A DNA stretch of 64,000 nt from Schizochytrium sp. TIO01 (lineage: Eukaryota > Protista > Bigyra: Labyrinthulomycetes), in assembly GCA_004764695.1 (NCBI GenBank), contig SMSO01000037.1, forward strand, positions 1,030,747 through 1,094,746, written 5' to 3'. The notes beneath the pieces were generated by a model, which was not told the origin of the DNA, made no database searches, and saw nothing but the letters and a program-made list of their open reading frames with translations. The position numbers were made by a program, and so were the translations under genes. Positions 45,020 through 55,833 of this stretch are shown one piece after another; position 1 is the first letter of the stretch; every line of letters begins with the position of its first letter.

Positions 45020-46261
45020 CTCTGCTCTTTTCTTCCTTGACCGAGGTTCGTGTTTGCTCCTTATAGGTTGATTCCAAAGTTGCAAGGGCTTCGAGCTGCA
45101 AAGAGGTGTCCTCTGTTGGATATGGCTCACTCTTGAGCCCAGAAATGCCTACACTACCTTGTTTCGCCACAGCGCACAATCCTCGTAGTATAGAACACAA
45201 AACCAAGCACCTAAAGGGTGAATGAACAATGTTCTGTTAGACAATCTGTAGCCCCGAAATCAAGCCAAATGGAAGACGAACGCTGCAGTCTTTGGCAGAG
45301 GTTTACAAAGACAATTTAACTTGCGTCAAAGACAGCAAAGTTATAGCTAAAACAACAGCAGCAAAAGGTGAATGAGTCTCGACAAAGAACCCACGCAGCA
45401 ACAACAGGCAACCACGCCTGCTGGCCCGCGCGTTGTCACCGACTGGAGATTTCCGGTCTGCTGACAGTTGGACTTTTCCGATTTGGTCTGTCCCAGCGTT
45501 TATCTTAGCCTGCTCAAGCAGACAAGGTTAGTTATGATCAGGATTTACATGGAACTGCTCGTTTGCTCACAGTAGTCTCCAGCAAGCCCAAACGGCGGTT
45601 GCACGCCACGGGCATTCCCCGTGTTCCTCGAGTTAGATCCGTTGAAGGGCGAAATAAATGGAGGGTGAGGACGAAAGGGCACTTGGAACGATGAACTGCG
45701 CAGGGAGGTTCTGCGGATAGGCACACGAGAGCAAATGATAGTTTGATTTGGAGCAGCGACTAGATGCTATTTATCTAGATGGTAATAGGAGTAGTTGGTG
45801 TGTAGGGAAAGGATATGATTGGACAGGCAGGATTTCCCTATTTGTAGAAATGAGAACAGTGCATATACGTGCCTCATAGTGTGTACTTTATTCGTGTGAG
45901 CATTTAAGATCTCAACAATGAAGGTGGTTTACACAACGTTGAGTCGGTACTAAGGAAAACGTAGTTTGGTAGATAATTATATTGCTTGCACTAGCAGCAA
46001 TGAGCAAGGAGCAGGTAGCATAAGGACAAAATTCCTTAGCTTGGTTGGCGAGGTTAGCTGTTTAGCAACAGTCAAGCTGCACTGCCAAGGTGCGTATAGA
46101 CACAGACAGCGAAAGCTGGCTGAGTAAAATTAGAACTGATTAAAATCAATCCTTCTGGCGGAGGTATTGAAGTGCGTGCTTAAGCTCAAGGCAAATTTGA
46201 CGAGTGCTCTCCTGCAAGATCGAATCACGAAGCAAGGGTGGGGTTTCGTAATTTAGGCGTC

Positions 46262-47677
46262 ATGACGACGTCTCGAGAACAGCAGGTCAATGCTCGCATT
46301 GCAGCACTCCGTAACGAACTCAACACTGCTGCGGCAAAGAATGTAGACGTTTCAGGAGATGCAACTGGACCAGGGGTTGCGTCTGGAGCAAACACTGTTG
46401 AAGCGCTGCAAGCAGACCTCAAGCGAAGGCAGGAGAGTTACATCAGGCGACAGCGTCAGTATGAAACACGGATTGAGGCCCTTGAGGTCGAGCTGGATGC
46501 TCTAAAAGCGGGTCGCACTAACTGGATGGAAACAGATGAAAGAATCTGCAACATTCGAGATCTCCACAAACAACTTTTAAAAAATGTCGAGCATGTGCAA
46601 GATAGTACTGCTAAAGTTCTCAAGGAGCAAGAGAGAGACCTTTTGCGAGCATTCCGTGCTCGTCTTTTTGACATCCAAAGTGAACTTGAAGTTGAGAAGA
46701 GTAAAGCAGATGTTGGGGCATCTTCTTGGATTGAGAAGAACAGACAGCTGGAGCGCGGTTTAGACTGGGCAAAGGAAATGGCCGATCGTCTTGAACGTGT
46801 AAATCAGAGTTTGCAAAAGGAGAACACACGATTAAAATCACAATTTAAAACACAAGAAGATGACCGCGAGTTTCTTATTCGCCAGCTTGTAGCTGTTAAA
46901 AAGGACAATGTCCAATTGCGCCAAGAATTAGAAAATAAGGAGGACGCTCTTCGGAAAAGAGATGAGGAGATTGAGTCTTTGCAAGCATTTAAGAAACAAG
47001 CAATGAATCAAAAAATGTCTACACTCAAACCTATTCAGGCATCCTCATCCACATCGCTGCAGCAACCCAAACGCTCAAATAGTATTCTTCCTCCAGCAGG
47101 ACGCACATCAATTGCACAACCGACATCGCCTATCGAGACAATGAATGCTCTGGCAGAAACAATCACGGGCCCAAATACTGATAAAGAGTCAAGATACAAG
47201 GAAATTATCAAGCGATTGAAGAAGCTGCTGGACACTGAGAGGAAGAACTTGCAAAAGGTCCGCAATGCATATTCCTCAGATTTGAAGACTCGCACCCAAC
47301 TTGAAGTGCTGCTGCGCCAATGTGTTGAGGATGTGCGGGCAAATATTATTCGCCATAGGCAGCATGCGGGTTCTTTGACCCAAGGGAGTACAACATCGAG
47401 CTCATATGATGCCTTGGAAGAGAATGAGTTTGACGAGCAAGATCGAGAAAAGCTGCTCGAAATTTTACTGTCTCAAGAGCGGGTGGTAAGTCTCTTATAT
47501 AAGAAGACATTTCCAAAGTCAGCAGCTACTCCTGGCACTTTTGTTGAAATGGCAGCTTCTATTGACCTGAATTCGCAGTCTGTACCCAGCTCTGGGCTTC
47601 TTGATTCAAGTAAGCCGTCAGACAATCAAGCGAGCCAGGAGAGCATTTCAAACCTATCTGACGAAGCGGTGCCATAG
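46262..47677 (+). CDS. Coiled-coil protein, possibly cilium/basal-body associated
   Basis: A ~471-aa heptad-rich ORF from ATG 46262, divergent from the HMMR-like gene. The C-terminal RTQLEVLLRQCVEDVR...DREKLLEILLSQERVVSLLY is loosely BBOF1/CCDC176-like. The coding call is firm; the function is not. Confidence 0.8.
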   Translation: MTTSREQQVNARIAALRNELNTAAAKNVDVSGDATGPGVASGANTVEALQADLKRRQESYIRRQRQYETRIEALEVELDALKAGRTNWMETDERICNIRDLHKQLLKNVEHVQDSTAKVLKEQERDLLRAFRARLFDIQSELEVEKSKADVGASSWIEKNRQLERGLDWAKEMADRLERVNQSLQKENTRLKSQFKTQEDDREFLIRQLVAVKKDNVQLRQELENKEDALRKRDEEIESLQAFKKQAMNQKMSTLKPIQASSSTSLQQPKRSNSILPPAGRTSIAQPTSPIETMNALAETITGPNTDKESRYKEIIKRLKKLLDTERKNLQKVRNAYSSDLKTRTQLEVLLRQCVEDVRANIIRHRQHAGSLTQGSTTSSSYDALEENEFDEQDREKLLEILLSQERVVSLLYKKTFPKSAATPGTFVEMAASIDLNSQSVPSSGLLDSSKPSDNQASQESISNLSDEAVP

Positions 47678-48379
47678 TAATAGTATTAGTATTGCAGGAT
47701 ATGTGCGATGTCTAAAATAGAGAAGCAATAACCAAACATTGTGTCTAAGTAACATAAAATAAATCCAACTTTGAAAATACAAATTACGGTTGTCACTTCC
47801 ATTAGCTGACTCTTCACCATCAGTTTAAAACAAGGGAAGATATTTCAAAATAAATAAAAAGCCAACACTCGCACTACCTCGAATCTTGAGGTTATTTTTG
47901 CAGAAGAAAACAGAATAGAATGGTACAATGGTTATTTTTTATAAGTCTGATTAACGAAAGAGGAAAGGTTTCCACAGGAATCAGTCGGTCCTAGTGCTTT
48001 CGATAGAGGGTGAAAAGGGGTTTATTATACATGGCTGATATCTCACCGACTAGACTTCTAAGCAGGTATATGTATGCATATTGTAATAATCATTCACAAA
48101 ATGAACTTTTAAGCCAACATCTTTCTCGGCCGCTCGCGTGTAAACTTACAGAGTGACTCACAAAATGAATCATCTTTGACGCAGAACGACACCTTCTCTC
48201 ATCTTTGATTGCAAGGTCATACACGATGTAGGAGGCTAAATGGAGTCAAACAAGTACAATTCTACAAATACATACAGGCAGACAAGAGACCTTTGTAACT
48301 CTTTTGGTCGAAATAAGACAAAGCGCAGACGATGTTGCCTTACGGCTATATATCTCGGTTTCACCACGTTCCAATGATA

Positions 48380-51300
48380 TTAGGCAATGTTGATGCGGGC
48401 CTCGTTAGGCATAGTCCACCCATGATCAGGATCATGGGTTTGGGAATGTTCATCATCATTCTCGAAATCATCTAGCATTTCGTTCGAACGAGATAGTGAT
48501 GTAGACGCGCCATGGTCGCTGTGTAACTGACCTTGGTGTGACGAGCAGTCTCCGTCATCGCTTCTATGATGAGTGTTGAGGTTTCGGTTTATCTGCAAAC
48601 TTGTGCGCGGTACAATAGGGTTGTTGAGTAATCGATTGGTAGAGTTCTCCTCGGCATCATAGCTTGAGCTTTCCGCTAGGTGGTTTTGGTTGTGAAATTG
48701 CAATGACCGGGCCTCACCAAGCAGAATTTGTGCTTCGTCGCGCGTCAAGCTTGACGAATCAGTGCCTGAGTTGTGGTGCTGGTCTTCCAGAAGGGATTCG
48801 GGTGTGTCCAAATTATGGACGGTGTTAGGCTTACTAGAATGCCGTGAAGATTGTACTCGGGCGTCGTGTTCTTTGGCTTCCCCTCTTCGCGGAGAATATT
48901 TGTGAATATAATGGTTTTGGGGTCGGCCTTGATTAGGCGATCCTCGGCCTTGTGGAGGATGGGACTTCGCGTGCCATACTGCGTGAACCTTCGGGCCCAT
49001 AACAAAAACAAGCGCAAACATATTAGCCAGAACAATAGCAAGGCAAATGATGATGAATTTGGTGCGCGTCTCTGTTGCACTAACAGCGAGAATAATGGGC
49101 GCAGCAATTAGATAGAGCTGGAACTGCCACATTACAGCAACAGCGAGAGACTTGCCCTCCTGAAAAGAACTATCCACATCACGTACACGATATGCGATTG
49201 TGGCACCAATAAAGTAAAAGCTTACATGAAAGGCTAACAGAAGCCACATGCAAGATTTTACAACGAGCGAATCGCTAAAGTAACACGTTGCATAGCTCAC
49301 CGCAGGGTTCCCAAAGTTGTCTTCCACAACAACGATACGTTTCCAAGTCATAGGATCAATGACGGATGGCACTATTAATAAGATGATGTTGATAATCAAG
49401 ACAGTGGCGAGCACTTTGAATAAAGAGCTAGCGGTAATGAGAAGAAGGCGCAAACTTGGATTGTGAAAGATGCGCATAATACGGTACAATTTTAGGATGA
49501 TCGCTGTAGCCGTGGTTGTTGTACCGAGACTTAAAAGCCAAAGGAAGGCGTTACAAGCTACCCCTGCAGAAGCATCACCGCTTGCTTGAGTATCAGGGTA
49601 TGTGTAAGCAATGACGCTACTGATGGCCATGCATATCCCAAAGAGAAAAATGAAGAGGAATTCTGGTTGCGATTTGCGAACAACATGGGTACGGCGATTG
49701 ATAAACACCCAGACAGCGAGAGCAATGCAAATACAAAAGACCATAGCTACTACAGTGTTGGCAACAATTCGATACTCTTTGCCAATCAGATTTTCTATTT
49801 CAATAGGAGGATCAACTTGGAGTGGAATTACCGTGGTCCCCCCGGGAAAGAGGGTACGAGGACCAATTGTCCAGCTAATATTCCAGGATCCTACATCCAC
49901 TACACTCACACTTAAATCATCTGGGTCTACTATGAAGTTGCGAAGCTTATAGTAAGCTGTTTCAGGCACACGAGAGCCTGTGTATTCGTCAAATTCAACT
50001 CGGCCCGAAGCACCTTGAAACGGGAATTGAGATCGGTTCCGCAAGATATCGACTAGTGCGTCACCTCGAAGCCAGTAGGGGCGTTCGTCAATCCCGTCAA
50101 ACGTTGGGGCCCCAGATGTACTATTTGTTTCCTCTGGGTAACCAGCTTTTCTGTAGGATTCACATGTGGCTCGGCAGGCAGCTGCAACTGCGTCATAAGC
50201 GTATGCAGCATCATAAATGAATGATTCTGCATTATCCCGGTCAAACATGGTCTCATCAATTTGGATGGTCATGTTATCTACTCCATCTAAGTATCCGTTC
50301 GTCTCGGTTGGTGTTGAAAAATGCTTGCCACTTGGAAGATAGTCGTTAATAGTATCCATGTATTTGATGAAAGAAGGCCAATTGGTATGAAGGCGTTGGA
50401 AGACGGGGTTTGAGTCATCACCACTGATCGCCAATACTGCTTGAGTGGCATTAAAAGCGGGTGCAAGGGTTGGGTTGGCTTGAATGATAGTTGTGAGCTC
50501 ATGAGAGCCGATACCATCGCCAACCACTAAGAGTTTGCCTTCTCCTATCATATCATGTGCATGAAGGTTACGTAGAATGGCTTCAAAGTCTCCCGTGAAT
50601 GCAATGACAATAATTGCATTAAAGCCTGTGCTTTTCGCGCTGCTCACTGCGTACTTGATCGAGTCTACATCGCCCTCTTCGTAGGAAAATGTCTGTACAT
50701 CGATATCATGCGTTGCGGTCTCCTTGACGAGTGACTCACGGTACCCGTCACCATACGAGTCATCAACGTAGAGGAGGGCTGCATGTTCAAGGTTGTATTC
50801 GAGTAAAAGATCCGAGACAGCATTGGCAATCGCACTATCGGCTGGTATTGTACGTAGAAATTGCTCATGAACTCCATTGTCATCAAAATCTGGGGAGGAG
50901 GCCCAGTAAGATATAATGGGTACCTTATTCACATTGGCAAGAACTGAGATGGGCAGCGACGTAACGGAGCGGGAGGTGCCAATGACAAAGTTGGTCGGTT
51001 TATCTTCACGCATGAGTCCGGACAAGTATGCCTTTACGGAGCCAGACTGCACACTGAGCGTATCGTAGCTTGTCAGGTCAAAGTCCATATTTTCACAGCC
51101 TTGCATGTACTGCGCGCCCAGCTCAGGGATTACGATGTCGTTTCTTTCTTGGCAATGCTGTGTTGCAATGACCATTGCCGACACTTTGCTGGTGAGCACC
51201 ATGCCAATGCTTTTGCGTACTCCTGTGTCATTATACAGCGTCAAGCCTGTCAGCATCGATAGCGTGATCTTCCTTCGACTGCTATCTTGATTGGTCTCTG

Positions 51301-51838
51301 TCGTATTGGTGTCGTTTGTCCCTGCCGTTCGTCTTGCAAATGACTGAACATTTTGAAGACTTGCCTCCTCCCATTCAGCGTGACCCTGTTCGTCGCCAAA
51401 GTCCCACATCTCCGAGTTCGATACTTCCTCTCCTTTTGAAAATTTCCAAAGATTTCTATGTGTTTTCTGCAGCTTCTTATTCCTTGGTGCGGGTTCTATT
51501 GACGGTGTCCTTTGTGCACTCCTTAATCTTTTGTTCATGTGTTTCTCACGGTTGCCTAGGTTTTCATCAGCCTCTGCAGCTAAAGGAGAGGTATACAACG
51601 TGGTCTTGTGCATCATCGCAGAAGACTGCTGCTGCGCTGGGCTTGATGAGGCGCCGCTGGGAGTCACAAGAACTACTGCAAGGACTGCCAGGACTATCGT
51701 TGCCAGTTTCCGTGCGCCAGTTGATTGTTTCCTGCACATTTGTTTTCTTGAACGTGCCATTTTGCGTGGGGAGGTCAAGGTTATCGTTGTGGACGTCGTC
51801 GTTGTCGTCGTCGTTGAAGAGAAGGAAGGTGAGGTCAT
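48380..51838 (-). CDS. Class C (GABA-B/mGluR-like) GPCR: Venus-flytrap (ANF receptor) domain + 7tm_3
   Basis: N-terminal hydrophobic signal/anchor; VIGTSRSVTS...VPIISYWASSP...FLRTIPAD, DSYG, YAYDAV, FQGASGRVEFD; 7TM region with RKSQPEFL, C..FLWLLSLG, LKLYRI.RIF, R.V...FQEGK, PK. Confidence 0.93.
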   Translation of the reverse strand: MTSPSFSSTTTTTTTSTTITLTSPRKMARSRKQMCRKQSTGARKLATIVLAVLAVVLVTPSGASSSPAQQQSSAMMHKTTLYTSPLAAEADENLGNREKHMNKRLRSAQRTPSIEPAPRNKKLQKTHRNLWKFSKGEEVSNSEMWDFGDEQGHAEWEEASLQNVQSFARRTAGTNDTNTTETNQDSSRRKITLSMLTGLTLYNDTGVRKSIGMVLTSKVSAMVIATQHCQERNDIVIPELGAQYMQGCENMDFDLTSYDTLSVQSGSVKAYLSGLMREDKPTNFVIGTSRSVTSLPISVLANVNKVPIISYWASSPDFDDNGVHEQFLRTIPADSAIANAVSDLLLEYNLEHAALLYVDDSYGDGYRESLVKETATHDIDVQTFSYEEGDVDSIKYAVSSAKSTGFNAIIVIAFTGDFEAILRNLHAHDMIGEGKLLVVGDGIGSHELTTIIQANPTLAPAFNATQAVLAISGDDSNPVFQRLHTNWPSFIKYMDTINDYLPSGKHFSTPTETNGYLDGVDNMTIQIDETMFDRDNAESFIYDAAYAYDAVAAACRATCESYRKAGYPEETNSTSGAPTFDGIDERPYWLRGDALVDILRNRSQFPFQGASGRVEFDEYTGSRVPETAYYKLRNFIVDPDDLSVSVVDVGSWNISWTIGPRTLFPGGTTVIPLQVDPPIEIENLIGKEYRIVANTVVAMVFCICIALAVWVFINRRTHVVRKSQPEFLFIFLFGICMAISSVIAYTYPDTQASGDASAGVACNAFLWLLSLGTTTTATAIILKLYRIMRIFHNPSLRLLLITASSLFKVLATVLIINIILLIVPSVIDPMTWKRIVVVEDNFGNPAVSYATCYFSDSLVVKSCMWLLLAFHVSFYFIGATIAYRVRDVDSSFQEGKSLAVAVMWQFQLYLIAAPIILAVSATETRTKFIIICLAIVLANMFALVFVMGPKVHAVWHAKSHPPQGRGSPNQGRPQNHYIHKYSPRRGEAKEHDARVQSSRHSSKPNTVHNLDTPESLLEDQHHNSGTDSSSLTRDEAQILLGEARSLQFHNQNHLAESSSYDAEENSTNRLLNNPIVPRTSLQINRNLNTHHRSDDGDCSSHQGQLHSDHGASTSLSRSNEMLDDFENDDEHSQTHDPDHGWTMPNEARINIA

Positions 51839-54800
51839 TCTCTGCGAATTAGCTATTTTTTAAAGTTCGCGCGTGCGTGCGTGCGTGCGAGCAAGCAACG
51901 AACTGAAAGAAGGCAGCTTGGGCCAGCTGACCTATGGGAACCTACGAAGAGGAATCGTTGATGTGCGCAATACAGAGGGCGCGTCCTCCAGACCGCCGTC
52001 GCTGACTCGTCAGCCCCGCCGCGCAAGCGGTCTTGGGTGCCGCGGACGCGAAGGTGATTTGGTTAGTGTCTTTTCAAAATCGCTTGTGCCAATATTTTCT
52101 CTTTCTTTTGAAATTTTTTCTTCCTGTTGGTCTCTCTTTTCTTTTCATCAAAGTATCAACTTTTAAAAGTATTGAGTTGAATAAACTATCTCATAACAGA
52201 AAACATAGGACTGTTTCTTGTTTTTCGTGAATATTTCAAAAAGCTTATTGGTCGATAGAAGTTGTTCTTTCATGATGAAAAACCTCGATTACCATTACGA
52301 TGATTAAATTAAAAGCATCTTTCCAGAGCCCCTGTGTTTCCTTAGGCGTAGTCATATTGTGCTTTGAACAGACTTCTCTGGTTAAGTTTTGATTTCATTT
52401 GCATCTCTTGTTCATTAGCGCTTTCGTTTCTTTTAAGCATTCTATCTTCCATTTTAGTATCTGTTCGCAAAACTTTATGATATGATTGTCGCACATTACA
52501 TTTAATAGCTTTCTCTTTCTCATTTTCTTTTCATTTTTCTTTTCTTTCCAAATAATAGGTACCTACCTACCCTACCTGCCTACCTACCCTCTTTGAATGA
52601 AACAAATCATTCCATAACGAAAAGAAAATCAAACAGGAAAAGAAGCTTTACTAACTAGCTATTTGCCACATTCTGCTCTTTCTTGAGACTAAAACCCTTT
52701 CTCTTGCATCGCCTTTTGGACGAACCTTTTTTAGTTTTATCCGACAATAGCTCCACAAACCTTTCCATCGTTGCACATCACAAACCATTTCAATGCCTCA
52801 TCGGACACTCCGGTCACCCGTTTCAAAAGCTAGCACAGGTAAAAGAAAAAGAAATAGGTAAAAAACGCTTCGTCGATTTATTCAAACAAAAAAAGCGAGA
52901 AAAAAGAAAAAGAAAAAGAGTTAGAAACTAAAAGAAACATCAATAAACGCCTCAGCTTGAACCAAAGTCCAAAGTGAAATTGAAAAAGTGCGTTCTAAAC
53001 CAGAACAAAATTGGCCACAGTGAGTCTTTTCTCCCTTTTCCCCACTTCCGACACCTTCTCTTCCTCAGCTCTAATTTGAGCCCACCTTTTACACTGCCTT
53101 TGCTCTCTTTCTCTCCATCCGCAGCGGCTTTCTCTCCTTTTTTCAGCGTTCCTCCACTGATAAAAGTACAAAACCAACCAAACAAAACGAAAACATAAAC
53201 AAAACAAAAACAAAATCACACTACTACTAGTAGTAGCTGGCTGCCTAATTAGGTCCCTAGTACTTACTTCATCTGCGAGTGCTCAACAAATAATAAGTAA
53301 AATAAGAGAGAAGTCAAGTCGTTCTCTCTCCCTCTTACCACTTGTATACCGTTTACTAGCCCTCTCGTCCCTTTGTTCTGCTCCAGCTTCCTTTCGAATC
53401 GCGTATTCCTTTATTCATTCATTCATTCATATGTTTAATTTATTCTTTCACGATCGTTTTTCTTCGTTTCCTCCGCTTTCCTTCGCCTCGAGATATGGCC
53501 TCCTCGCCGCCTCCCTCAGATAGATAGACGGCCTTTTCGACCATGTTTCTGCTTGCTTGCTTGCTTGCTTGCTTGGCCGTAGTAAAGGGGGCGAGCTCAG
53601 TGACTTCCGTGGTCTCTTCTCAATAGTGACAATGAATGATGCTCAAAGTCGTCATCGCTCAAGCAAGTAAGTAAGTAAGTAGGTAGGTAGGTGCTAGTGC
53701 TTTCGCTAAGCTGGCACGTCAGCGAAGGTTAGAAGCAATTGAATTGCATTGAATCGAGTTCGATTCTGAGACAGACCCAATTTCGAGGCTTCCGCTTCGG
53801 CTTTGGCGCGAATCAGGTAACGAAGATGTGCCAAAAAGTACGCGATTGATGCTCTCGGCAGCGAATACCCACCTACCTCAGAGCTTTGGCTCATTTCTGA
53901 TAAATGTGGGCTCTTCTGCCGCACAAGGCTTCAAAGAAATGGTGAACTTTTTATTATTCTAACATTAAAAAAGTATCATCATCATCATCATCATCAACTA
54001 TTTAACTATTTAACTTTTTATTTAATAAACTATAGTACAAAAATAATTATAAATATATAAGAAAAGAACTTGGGTCCCAACATAAGCAACACAAAACCAG
54101 TCAGACACTTTCTTCAAGTGCGAGGGCCCAAGGCACTTGCCTATTCATTTGTATAGATAGATTTGTTGATTTACTTGCACCTCCAAGCCGTCAGGAAGCA
54201 TTCTGTTGAGTCGTGGCCGCTTAAAGCTGCCTTCAACTCGGCGGTCTGGTTAACTAGTCAGCTTGCCTGGGCCTGAGGGGGCCGAAGCCTGCTCGCCACC
54301 TCAGGTATGGACCCCTCAATTATGTTTTAAAGATCAGTCAGAAAAGTAAAGTCAAGTAAAGTAAACAAACGTTGCAAGACCCTTTCTTCTTTACATTTTG
54401 TTTTAATGTCTTTTTTAAAAACTAGAATCAAACTATTTAATCTTCAGTTTTTTACTTACTTTTTAAATAAGTATTAAAAAAAGATAGGAGGCAGCACCTA
54501 ACGATTTATAATAAAAAAAGGGAGAAGTGAACGAAAAGAGGAAACTGGTAGTATCTACGCAGAATGCAGCTGATGCCGATTAGAACAGGCCCGCAAGAGA
54601 GGCGCCCAAGAGAGCACAGTTTTGCGGCGCTGAGTGTAATCTTCATCCATCCTGGGGAGAAGGAGCTTAAACCAATTCGAACCGCCAGATTTACTTACGC
54701 GAATACAGATTAGCCATTGAATACGTTTTTATTCATATACTTTATCATTTACAATAAATAAAATGAATAATTAATCTATACGTAATAAAAACGCGTAGAA

Positions 54801-54872
54801 AAGGGAATAGGATGTTCGTCATCCGCCCGCAAGGATACTACCACATTCTCTCTTGAACGAACGATTCAACTA

Positions 54873-54873
<1 letters not shown>

Positions 54874-54912
<39 letters not shown>

Positions 54913-54938
54913 AGAAGAACAACAAGAAGAAGAAGAAG
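54874..54938. repeat. (CACGAA)n followed by (GAA)n
   Basis: Read directly from the sequence. Confidence 0.85.
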
Positions 54939-55090
54939 ACCGCTCCATTTGCTTTGCGGCCTTCAAGTTAAGCTTTCCCTCTGCGGCCTTGAAATGCAGA
55001 AACTCACAAGAAACCAAGACGGGTTCTTCATCGTCCGAAAGACCTCCTCCTCCTCAGTTATAGAGTAAGACTAAGGCCTCGTTCGAGCCC

Positions 55091-55294
55091 TTTCTTCCTT
55101 TCTTTCTTCTTTCTTTTCTTCTTTTTCTTTTCTTCTTTCTTTTCTTCTTTCTTTTCTTCTTTCTTTTCTTCTTTCTTTTCTTCTTTCTTTTCTTCTTTCT
55201 TTTCTTCTTTCTTTTCTTCTTTCTTTTCTTCTTTCTTTTCTTCTTTCTTTTCTTCTTTCTTTTCTTCTTTCTTTTCTTCTTTCTTTTCTTCTTT
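55091..55294. repeat. Polypyrimidine 12-mer tandem repeat (TTTCTTTTCTTC)n
   Basis: Read directly; it generates the spurious RRKE ORF. Confidence 0.92.
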
Positions 55295-55377
55295 GTTCTC
55301 TTATAAGCGGTTTCCTCTCGACCGTTGCTCCAACGGCGTCTCCAGCCTCAACCTTTTGCGTTCGAGTTCTTTCAACT

Positions 55378-55462
55378 ACAATTACAATTACAATTACAAT
55401 TACAATTACAATTACAATTACATTTACAATTACATTTACAACTTCAATTTCGATTTCGATTT
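55378..55462. repeat. (ACAATT)n microsatellite
   Basis: Read directly; it generates the spurious NYNY/QLQL/VIVI ORFs. Confidence 0.9.
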
Positions 55463-55785
55463 CAGTTCCTTCGAGCTCTCCCGCGCGCTCTCTCAAGCCT
55501 CCGCGACTTCGTCCTCAGAGGACCCGAAGGAGGGGCAGGGTCACAACTCCAAGATTCGGGTCCAACAGAGCGTAAAGAGCTCTCGCTCTCACAGCAGACT
55601 TTGCGGAATGAATCTCACAGACTTCGTGGAGTCCGCTTTTGCTCTCCTCCTTCGAGGCCCTTCGAGGCCTTCTGTCGCAGCGGAGGCGTCGGAGCGGAGG
55701 CGCGAAAGGCCAACTTCGCGTTCTCTCTTTGGGAGCTGCAAAGGCCAAGAGTGCTGAAAGCAGGAAAGCAAACCGTTCGAGGTAT

Positions 55786-55833
55786 GAATGAATGAATGAA
55801 TGAATGAATGAATGAATGAATGAATGAATGAAT
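55786..55833. repeat. (GAAT)12 microsatellite
   Basis: Read directly from the sequence. Confidence 0.92.

Noticed and set aside
54555-54700. GTTCGAA-containing segment as a tRNA/SINE
   Set aside because: No cloverleaf or A-box is evident, and TTCGAA is common throughout these spacers.
55071-55795. ORFs with RRKE, NYNY and QLQL repeats
   Set aside because: They are translations of microsatellites.
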